From Tubulanus polymorphus (Eukaryota; Animalia; Nemertea): 64,000 bases of DNA. Position numbers and translations under genes: made by a program. The DNA is taken from positions 11,954,275 through 12,018,274 of the forward strand of contig NC_134032.1 in assembly GCF_964204645.1 (NCBI RefSeq). The letters are read 5' to 3'. Positions 24,901-36,900 of the stretch are shown in pieces (the first letter of the stretch is position 1; each line of letters begins with the position of its first letter). The notes beneath the pieces are model-generated. The model saw only the letters and a program-made list of their open reading frames with translations, did no database searches and was not told the origin of the DNA.

Positions 24901-27900
24901 TGCTTCCAACGCACCTGGGCATTCTGCAACTGTTTTCACTGGTAGTTGCAAGGGCTCATTGGTCGCAGGGTCAGTGCAATGCTATTGTCGCTGGCCGTCA
25001 CAGAGAATGGCGTCCTAACGAGTTGCTTGCAGTCGCAAGGCCGACGACCTAAAAACCCGATGTTACATACCTTTGTTTATCAGACGTTGTATCGTACCAC
25101 GTGACGTGCGCGAAATGAAGTGGAATACAATGTAAATCTGCCCAATGTTTCTCTAGTTTCGGAGCGTCTTTTAATCCGGGCGGAACTTTCTACAACAGAA
25201 AAATAAACACATTTAGAAATTGGGATAAATCGCCGTGATTCGATGACGTCGCAGGGGTATTTAATGAAGGTATAGTCTTTTTTCGGGACTCGTTGTTCTT
25301 GACAGTATTCCTGAAGATGACTATTCGAACATAGTCTAAATGTTGAATAAACTACTGGCTCAAGCAAACGTTTTCGGACTTTAGGATAGGATATCATTTT
25401 TTCGTCATCATTGTGGGATTCTCTACATATCATCATCATCATAACATCGACATGGTGTTTAATCAATATTTAGTTGTTCTTACATTTCTGCCATCCTCAT
25501 CAATTACAATAGTGCCGTGATGACTGTTTCTATCTGCAAAAACAAGAAAGATTAATCAACAAATTACAATAGTGAAAACTAAATTTGTCTCAATTGCGGA
25601 ACTGTCTAGACGAACATTTCAACAGAGTTAAAATGTGATTCCAGAGTTAACTAATTGAAAATGAACAATCACAAGTATAGTAACTCATGATTCAAAATTA
25701 GAACTGAGCTGGGTCCAGATCCATATGTACATGTGAGTTGAATTTAAGTTCAAGTTAGTTAAGTTCCGATATTTGAACTCTGGAACCGGGTCCTGGGTCT
25801 TGGAATTAAATTATAGGGCTTGATCATAACTCTAAGGAGCCAAGCTTAACCTAGGTCACAGTGTCATGAAAATTTTTATTTTCATTCACGGAAAACCGTG
25901 GAACTGGATCCTATTCAGGACAGAGGCGCCGTCTGTCTTTTTCTCTCACACTTACTTAAACTCCTGGTCAGGAATAGTGAAGCGGGTCTGAAATGTTTAA
26001 CTGTGATCATCACATCTTCCCCGGCATCCCGCAAACACAATACTGCATTATCGTGATTATACTTCTCAATGTTAACACCATTCACCTAGAAGTGATCAAA
26101 ACACAGACATACAATTTCTACTTTAACATAAGGGAGTTCGAACCACCCAATGTCCAAAAAAGGCTGGGGCTCGTTGTACAGTCATGAGCCTTAGAATTAA
26201 GACAAGTCCGAGATCATATTGGTTCTATACCAAATCTAACAGCCCAGTATTAAGGATTTAAGACTATACTTCTTGACTTAACGGCCGAGGAGCAGTTTAA
26301 GAGCCTAATCATAATATCAAAGATGGTAGCGCCCATGAAAGCCATAGTGTTACAATAGCGAAGAGCTCCAACGCATGAAACTGGTATTTCCCTATTTTCT
26401 CTTTCAGTTAACGGATTTGGATCATCCTTTTCATGAGACAGTAAATATGTCTTACATATTCATTTCTGCAGTTGAAAATGTGTTTAAGGCCCTCCTCTTC
26501 GAGAAATTAAGCTATGTTATCGGTATTTTCTTCAAAATTTGAATACCGGTATTTGAATGAGACATTGAATCAGTGTAGCTTGCACGGCGCATTAAACATT
26601 AGGGTCTACCAAGACATCCAAAGTCAAAATTCTTGAAAACTCTTAACCCTTTCAGTGCTGACTAATCTATACCCTATAGTGCGGGAGATAATTTGAAAAT
26701 TTTGAAAAATTCCGCCCTAGTGTGTTGAATAACAGGAATACCACTAAAGTGCGTCTAAACCGTGGCGCAGTCTAAGTTACTAATATTTCACTATGTTTGA
26801 CAGGTGCTGCCATCTTTCAATAGAGATATAAACTAATTACTGATTATGTCAATACACCGCACTGCCGTGTTGACGCACTGAAAGGGTTAGGCCTAATAGA
26901 AGTTGATCGAAATTACCTTTGTAATGGCGTCGCCGACGAACAGTTGGCCGGTTTTATCGGCCGCCTGATCCTTGAATATTCGCGACACGAGAATCGGTAA
27001 ATGATGTTCGGCGCCACCTTTTATGCTCAAACCTAACCCTCCGATACGTTCTCTTTTCACCGTTACAGTCCGTTCCTACGGGTTGGAAAAATATGGACAA
27101 ATTTACAATTCGCACGAAAATATTTTATTAACATGGAGTTGGTTATAGGCCTATTATTGAATTGCGTATTGATAAAGAAACATGTGTTCGATAGCATAAT
27201 CCGAATCCCTGAGTTTTTCAGGTTTTTGTTAAAATTTGACAAGTTCCATGAGTTTTCACTGATTTTTTCAAGATGGTTCCTTGAATTTCTAAGTTTTTCC
27301 AGGTCAGTGGCAGAAACTGAGGGATAAACTTTGATCAAATCAGCCAATTCAAACAAGATACCGTGAAACTGGGGCCAGGGAAGATTTCATTGAATCCCTA
27401 AATTTCAGCCCATTACGTTGGAACTGGGGCCGGAGAAGACTAATATTAAACCTCCTACTTTTTATCAATTAATTGACTGCGAAACCGGGGCCGGGGTAGA
27501 CTATCTTCCATTAAATCTATCATCAATTTTAAACGATTATCGGCAGCAGAACCGGGGCCGGGTAGACTATCTTCCATTAAATCTACCGTCAATTTTTAAG
27601 CGATTATCGGACAGCGGAACCGCCGCAGATTTCAATCGACGATAGGAAAACTTCACGCTTGAAATGAAAGGAAGCTTCAAACCTCAATAACCAATCATAA
27701 CTCATCTGGAAACTGTGTTAAATTGATCGGAACCCGTCTAAAAAAAACCCACCGCCGCTCCTCGAGAACGAACGAACAGCGCGATTCAGCCAGTTACGCA
27801 TTACCATGGCAACCCTCGAGAGATAGAGAGAGAGAGAGGAGAAAGATCCGACTCGGGCAACGAAAGAACGAAAACGGCAGCAAACGCTTCCCGGAACAAT

Positions 27901-30900
27901 CACGCGCGGTCGTCGACGACGACGATGATGGACAGGACGGCAGACGGATTCAAAGAGAACGAACGAAATCTCTCCCGTCACTCGAGAATATCGAGATTTC
28001 ACAATACGCACCATCGATTGTGACTAAATCTTTCCTGGATGAATAACAAAAATTTAACCCCTTATTCGCAAAAAATGCGTTTTGAGATAAGGGAATGAAG
28101 TTATTCCTATTAACTAATATTTTACCACGAACTTGAACCAATTTTCTCAATTCATGTCAATAGGCTGATTCATGGAGACAGCCATCTTTGCTAGAAAATG
28201 CATATAGATCAATTTAAAGATACCATAAATGATGTCATAGGGTGATTTATGGAGACGGCCATCTTTGCTTGAATAGTGTATAGATCAATCTTGAGATATC
28301 ATAAATGATGTCATAGGGTGATTTATGGAGACGACCATCTTTTCTTGAAGGGTCTTCAAGAACTATTCGATGATGTCATAGGGAGAAAACAGGAGAAATC
28401 CCACAATAAATTCAGCCAAAACATGAAACCTGAATAGATGAGTATACATATTTGCGCAACGTTTCGGCTAAAGACTATTAGCCATCATCAGGCGTAGTGA
28501 TGTCATAGGGAGATTCATGGAGACCCAGTAACTCCCACAGAAGGGTCTCAAGATCAATTAAAGTGATTTATCGAGGCAACTTTCTTTTCTGGAAGGGTCT
28601 TCGATACCGCACTGATTCGATGATGTCATAGGGGGATTTACGGAGACTATCCTCTCTATACACGCAGCAGCGCTGGGACCTAGAACAGACGCCGAACTCG
28701 CAGGTATTTGACGGGAATTGATCTAAGAGATGATGGAAATACCGTGTAAAAACCAACAGGGACGGAACGCGTCCCGAATATCGGAGCTTTTGACGACGCT
28801 TTCCGTTCGTTATATATATACTGCTTCGGAACCGAAGACAAATCACCCCAAATACAAGTATCAGCACCGGTGATAGATGGGACCATTATACCTTACATTA
28901 GCGAGCAACAACCCTCCCTCTACCATCCCTTAACATCCACCATTAAACAGACAGCATTCTAACAATTGTTATTCATCTATCCGATACAGCGAATGGTTCC
29001 GCAGTCACAGGTTCGGACTATGGAGTTTTAAACTGATTTTTATCAAAACTTCATTCAAAAATCATTTTCCAGTTTCCACCCGTTTACAAGTCACGCTGAG
29101 TTTTACGTGATTTTTCCACGTAATCGCCACCAAAAATTCCCCGAGTAAATCAGAGAGATTTCTAGGTCTTAAATGTTACAATTTAATCATGTTTCATCGA
29201 GTGACGTATTGATCAAGAAACACGCGGTCGATAGCATTATCCCAGATTTTTGGTAAAATTTTTCACATTTCCCGAGTTTCCGCTGATTTTCTTCCGATTC
29301 CCAGAATTTTCCAGGTTTTTTCCAGGTCAGTGACCACGCTGTATAAACCTCCGAAGAGGGAAAGAAGGAATCTTTCTGAAACATCGGTGAAATCTTCGTC
29401 AATATTGTGCGTATATGTCACGTAGGCCTGAATGAAATTTCCAGAAAATGACCAGCTACGGTTTTGGCTGAAGATAGAATGGAGCTCGCTCCGAATTAAA
29501 CGAAGCCGAGCCGATAAATCCTATTTTAAAGATAAACGGCATCCATTAGAAGACTGGGACTAATTAAGAGGGGGAACAGGATGGCTAGAAAGCGCCGAGT
29601 TTACAATAGGTAATTGAATCTAGAGAGAGGTAAGTTATGGCCGAACTGAAGTCGACGCGACTGAGACAAACATCGGCGGCAATTTCTAAAACCATTTTCA
29701 CGAATGATTACACCGGCGAGACCCGACGATGAATTTTTGGTCCCATCGAGAAACTTTCGTTTTAAGCGGCCCATTGAAGCGATTATCGTCGAAATGTTTT
29801 ATTACCATAATTTGTGAAGATAATGGCTAATCCGGGCCGATAAGTTATCGTCGTTGTGAGAACCAGCCGGTGAGTAGTAACTGAGGGATGGGTAGTGGCT
29901 AAATAGGGGTACAACTGTACTTCCTGAGGACGCAATTCATGACCCTAGAATTAGATTACTTTAATTTTTAATCCAGGCCCGTACGTAGCTACTATGTCCG
30001 GTGGGTGTGAATTTAATTTGAACGTGGCACTTATTTTGATGGCATAGCTGGCAACAGCGAGTGCAGGGGCTCCTTCCTCAAGTTAATTTTGAAAATGCGA
30101 AGCGTTTTATATGAATTTGCGGCCAATGTAAGTGAATAGGTCATATAACTAGTTGCTGAAACATTAACGCAATCTAATAAATTTTCTTTGACAAAAAATA
30201 ACAGAACTCAGGATCTTGCATGGAGGTACGTTCCAACCCAATGCCCAGTAAACCTGTAGCCCTAGTACAATATCAACCAAAACTGTGGAACTAGGTCACA
30301 GGGTTTAGCAGACCAGGGGCCGGTTGCATAGTCATGGCTTAGACTTAAGACAAGTCTTAGACCAACTTAGTTCTATAGCCAATCTAACAACTTAAGACCA
30401 GTCTTAAGATTTAAGACCACTTTTTGACTTAAGTCACGACTGTGCAACTGGCCCCTGGGGCCAATTGCTGAAAAGTTAGTTAACTTTACATAGGGGTTAA
30501 TCTAGGACAGCAGAGGCATGTTATCATTACACGTCACACGAAATATCGAAAAAGGAATTCCGGGAAGAAATTCTCAACATTTCGCGCTAGAGAAAACAAC
30601 ACGATAGCAACACGGAAAGTTTCTTTTTTTTTATCAGCGCCGAACAGCGCGACAACTGCGGCGGGCGTTGTAACGGCAGGAAGAAGGAGCTAGATTTACC
30701 ATTTACTTATCGTGTGGTCGTAAACTGATAAGAGAGGATGACACATTCGAACGAAGAGACAAACTGAATTTCTGTAGATAAACTAATGAGGCTGAGAGAA
30801 ACAGCGAGCGAGCGAGAGACAGAGACAGAGGAAGACAGGAAATAAACTAGGTCTTATCACCAGAGTTTTATGATATATGAGATGAATGGAGGGATGTCTT

Positions 30901-33900
30901 TTTCTTTATCGTTGGATTAATGACCGTTGTTTTCAATCTATTTGAAAAATGAGTTTGTCACAGACGCGAGCATTAAATTGTGAAGAATGAACGCCCCCTA
31001 GTGGAAGCATAATGAATAATCAAAATGACACCCCCTGTTCGGAAAAATAGGGACTTAAGACGATTTGAACAAAGCCCTGGGGCCAGTTGCATAGTTGTGA
31101 CTTAAGTCCAAAAGTGGTCTTAAATCTTAAGACTGGTCTTAAGTTGTTAGATTGGCTATAGAACTAAGTTGGTCTTAAACTGGTCTTAAGTCAAAGCCAT
31201 GACTGTGCAACTGGCCCCAGAATTCGCTGGTCGAATAGGAACATACCACCAGAGTTCTACACGACAAACAAACCTCTGATGCCCTCTGTAGCGCATGAGG
31301 ATCACACTCCGACTAACAAAAACCCCTGGTTGTGAAATGATGAATTCAACCCGGAGACAAACAAACAAACGCCCCCTAGTGGTGAAAAGGTGACACTATG
31401 AAACGAAACCCGGTGAAGAATTGGTCAACTAAACCCCAAAACTAACTAACCGATGGTGGTAAAATTGTGAACTTAACCCGGAGACAAATGAACCAATGTC
31501 CCCTGGCATAGAATTGGTTACCTTACCCCTTTCACAAATATACCAAAGCCCCTAGTGGTGAAATTGTGACGCTGCTAATCTTACTGAAGACCCTTAACTA
31601 TGAAATAGTCAACCACTAACTGATACCCGCGACAACCTAACTAAAGCCCCCTGGTGGTGAAATAGTGAACTTACCCGTGAAACTCCTGAGTTTTCGACCT
31701 CGTCCGATGAGGAATGCACGTAGACGAGTTCTTCCTTTTTAATCGTCAGTGAATCTTCGGTTAAACACAGTTTGACAGGTTGAGGTCGTGTTTTACCATC
31801 GTGTACTACGACCATTCCTTGTTTCAACTGTCAAATATACAACATACAGAAAATACATATATTAGTTACGAGTCAAATTAGTTAATTATCAACTATCTTA
31901 ACTCAAGTCCTTAACTTAAGAACTGTGGACCCAGTTCCACAGTTGAAGTCAAATCCCTCGCTGAAGAACTGATCCATGAAACCCTGGATCCAATTCCACA
32001 GATAGATTAAGCGCCCAGAATCAAATAAGTTCATTTTCAATTATTTCAACTCAACATTGGACCCAGTTCAAAATGTGAGTTAGATTCGACTCCCAGAGTC
32101 AAATCAGTTCGTTTTCAATTGCTTTGACTCTAAGCCAAATTCCCTAACTGTGGAACCAGACTAGATGGAATGAGTAATAGTTTTAAATCTCCCAGCACCA
32201 GTTATAATGTTGAATGTACTAAAATCGTATGTTTCTTTGATGCTAATGATATTTATTTTAGAACGTTTCGGCTCTCTGGCCTTCTTCGGCAGAATCATAG
32301 ATGGATTGAACTCAGTTCCACATTTGCGAGATTTGTTAGATTTGGTTGCATGAGTTTCCAACTAGAGTTAACTAGATTAGTAAGAGCTATCAGCTACTAG
32401 TCGATAGTAGCTTCATCAGGTAAATGAGTTATTTACCTGATGAAGCTACTATAGGTCTATTATACTAAGTAACGAAAGCTTCTCATACTTCTAATGAAAA
32501 AGCACTATTTGTCTGTACGTTTTACTGGTTCTAGACCAGGGTCCGGTTACATAGACAGGGCTTAAGACCGGTCTAAGACAAACTTAGTTCGATAGCCAAT
32601 CTAACAACTTAAGACCAGTCTTAAGGTTTAAGACCACTTTTGGTCTTAAGTCTTGACAACGGAACCGACCCCAGGGGCCAGTTGCACAGTTGTGACTTAA
32701 TTCCAAAAGTGGTCTTAAATCGTAAGACCGGTCTTAAGTTGTTACATTGGCAATAGAACTAAGACAGCCTTAGACTGGTCTTAAGTTGTTAGATTGGCCA
32801 TAGAACTAAGATGAGCTTAGACTGGTCTTAAGTTGTTAGATTGGCCATAGAACTAAGACAGCCTTAGACTGGTCTTAAGTTGTTAGATTGGCCATAGAAC
32901 TAAGACAGCCTTAGACTGGTCTTAAGTTGTTAGATTGGCCATAGAACTAAGACAGCCTTAGACTGGTCTTAAGTTGTTAGATTGGCTATAGAACTAAGAC
33001 AGCCTTAGACTGGTCTTAAGTTGTAAGATTGGCTATAGAACTAAGACAGCCTTAGACTGATCTTAAGTTGTTGGATTGGCCATAGAACTAAGACAGCCTT
33101 AGACTTGTCTTAAGTTGTTAGATTGGCCATAGAACTAAGACAGCCTTAGACTGGTCTTAAGTTGTTAGATTGGCTATAGAACTAAGACAGCCTTAGACTG
33201 GTCTTAAGTTGTTAGATTGGTTATAGAACTATAAGTTGGTCTTAGACTTGGTCACTTCCCAAGTTTCGTAGTAACCAGACGTGTTGCTTCTTTCTTTCTC
33301 TCGATCTGTCCCCTCCAGTCGAATCGACCTTTTCACGACATATGCAACCGGCCCCACGGTCTGGTTCCTCAGTTGAGACTTAAGTCCAAAAATGGTCTTA
33401 AATTTCAAGACTGGTCTTAAGTTGTTAGATTGGTTATAGAACTAAGATGGTCTTAGATTGGTCTTAAGTCTAAGCCATGACTATGGAACTGGGCCCAGGT
33501 TAACACGGCTCTGCTAGGACTCTACTCAAATTAGTTATCAATCGATTACTTTGACCGAATCGAGTCGAATTTCGATTCACAACTGTTCGGAACCGGCTCC
33601 CGTTGATTCTCCGGAATTCGAGAAATCTCGGCCGTCTTATCTCACAGCCCGCTGATGGCACCGGCGAGCGCCGTCTTTGAAACAATTCAAACCGACGCCG
33701 ATGACAACCATCGCCGACGGCGATACGCGGAATAACGCGGTTGTCGTCGTTTCGCGCGACACCGACTGAATAAACATCCGCACGCGATAGAACTCGACGC
33801 AGCGCCCGAACCTAAAAATGAGACGACCGCTGCCATTATCGTTGTCATCGTCATTGTTGCAGTCGCCGACGGCGACCGAATCGCCCGTACACAATGAAAT

Positions 33901-36900
33901 CTTTACAAACTACTTTCGCTTGCGACAATAACGAACAATGTCGTGCACTATTAAGATTTTTACGAGGAGGAAAAAAATGACGTTCCGGTTCAGCCGACCC
34001 GGTTCAGAGTTCGTCTTGTTAGAAAAAAAAATGAACTCAAATCACGATTTTAACAATAGCCCGTGATACGTGAATAAAATCGTACGAGAAAAAGAGACGA
34101 TTTTCATTTTCGTCTCAACGCGCGGCTAAATAAAGGGAATAAAAACGAGGGGTGGTCCCGGGTCAGCCGGAGGGGTTTTATACGAACAAAAGAAACACTT
34201 TAGGAAATAACGTTAAACACTTCGATTGAATCAAAGCTCAGCAGGAAATAACAACTAACGTAACAAAAAGACTTTGAAATGCTTTCAGTTTCTTTTGGTG
34301 TTTGGGCAAAATGAACTTCGCCCGGTATTAAACATCTCCACAGTGGAACTGCACCAAAACAAGCTAAGCCCGCTCTTATCGTTTTGGCTGTGGAACTGGA
34401 TCAAAATAAGCTTAGCCCGGAGATATCTTCAATGGAATTGTACCAATACGAACTTAGCTTGGTCTTATCTTATGATATAACCTAAGTTTCTACTACAGTG
34501 GAATTGGACCAAAACAAGCTTAGCCTGATCTTATTGTAAGTCTTGACTGTGGAACTGAACAAAAACAAGCTAAGCCTGATCTTTTCTTAAGTCTTGACCG
34601 TGGAACTGAACAAAAACAAGCTTAGCCTGATCTAATCGTAAGTCTTGAGTGTGGAACTGAACAAAAACAAGCTAAGCCTGATCTTTTCTTAAGTCTTGAC
34701 CGTCGAACTGAACAAAAACAAGCTAAGCCTGATCTAATCTTTAGTCTTGACTGTGGATCTGGATATCTGGTGTCGACTTACTTTAAGAGTATGATACCGA
34801 TGAGTATCGGCTGACAGTATGATCCACGATACCGAGTGTTTGATACATTCGCTCAAAGAGAGTAGATACTCCTCGTAACAATCGCTGCATTGTTTCGCCA
34901 ACAACGTAAACAGTTCCGATAAAACCGGCAAGTTCAGATCCTCGCACATCTTCAACGATTCGTATACCGCACCGATTTCACTCCGGTTAAATCCGGGGGC
35001 GCTCGGAGAGAATTCCCGAATCGGTAGAGACCAATCGAAACCAGCCAAACTCTACCGGTAACTTCTCAAATCAGATTACGCTATTCCGGAATAGGTAAAG
35101 CGTATTTCGGTTGCCCCGGAACAGAAGACTGGACTTAAGTCCAAAAGAGGTCTTAAATCTTAAAACCCACCTTAAGCTATTTGGTTAGCTATAGAACTGA
35201 GGCGCAAGGTCTCATTTTGTTCGTATTCCGGCCGCTTCTATCTGATTTACAGAATAAGCTATTGCGGAGTGGGTAGAGCGTTTTCCGGTCAAAACGAACG
35301 CGCCAGAAGAAAATTCCCGAATCGGTAGAGAGACAAATCGAAACCTGCCGTTAACTGGTCTCAGACCGGTCTTAAATCCGAGCCATGACTGCGCCACTAG
35401 CCTCACAGGTAGGTCAACTGTATCCGCTAGAAAACCTGTCTATAACTGACTACGGTTATGGATGGACGTACAGTGGATACTGCTATACGTACAATGTTGA
35501 TCGAGTTTTCGTCGCCGTCGCGAGGTTTTTGAGTGTCGAGTCAACTTCTCCGCGAATGTTATAATATCTCGTATATAAAACGGTTACACGCGGCGGCGGC
35601 GACGACGATGAAGTCATATATTTTCAGATACTAAAGAACCACTTCTTCCTTCGTCGGTCGATATTCAACACTCGAAACTCCTCGGCGTAAAACTTGTATC
35701 TCTAGGGACCGTTCGCAAATATACAGATCGCGCCGAGCGTTTTTGACCCGGGCCAAACTCGGACCACACCGGATTTTGGTCTGGGTCAATCGTTCGCATT
35801 GGTGCCGAATGCAGTGACTATGTTTGACATATTTGGCACGCGACTAAAAATGTCGAACAACGCCCATGCCAAATTCTTGCACGCATCAAATTGAGAATCC
35901 TAACTGGTTAGGACTTGAACCTTTCCTCCAAGATGCTAGTCTCAGAGCCACAGAATAGAGGATGAAATATCCCTTTTTAACCGTCTGACTATAAAGAGGG
36001 CTGGTGAAATGCCAAAATCGCAAAAAAAAACATTCAACTCCGAAAAAGTGCCGTAGTTGTACGTCGAAGAGCGAGCCTGGTAGCATGCCAAAATCATGCG
36101 AAAAGTTTTATTCCATTTGTTAGAACAAAGTGCCGTACTTGTTTTATGTCCTGCAGCGCTCAAGATTTGTGAATAAAAAGATTTCTCGCGCGCTGGCTGC
36201 GAGTACTGTCGAGTCTGGTCTATCTCAGGATTATCAATAAAATTCTTCCCCTGCTCCCGACACCATGGACTCACAATCTTTTCAAGAGGGGGTTTTGCGA
36301 GATCGGATTGCGCTTAAAATTTTATTTACGCAAACGAAGAAAAAATAAACGGATATCAAATAAACTTGAAAAGCTGCCAGCTGAGAGTGAGGGAGAAGGG
36401 GGTAAAGCGGTAGGGAGGGTGAGATACGGGAACTGGGGAGAGAGGTGAGAGAAGAGAATGAAAGGAGAGGGATGTGTGAGACGAAGAATTAGTAGGAGAC
36501 AAGAATGGATGAACAGAGGCAATCTCTGAAAGTGGCAGCCGGGCAGGGCAAGATGAAAGAGGGATCAGAGACAGGGTTCATAGTAGTAGTATAGCAGTCA
36601 GTAAGCACATTGAAAGCAGTTTTTGAAATTGTTGGCGTTTTAAGGCTTTATAAAATTTTTTCAAAAGTAAGTGCTTTTGAGCATTTTGGAGACTAAGATA
36701 AAATCCCACTATTTACAGATTAAAAGAAATTTAAAAACCAGAATTATTTATTCAATCAAAAATATATAAAAGACACGACGTTTCGATCTCACCCTAGAGA
36801 TCATCGTCAGGTGTGATGATCTCTAGGGTCACACCTGACGATGATCTCTAGGGTGAGATCGAAACGTCGTGTCTTTTATATATTTTTGATTGAATAAATA

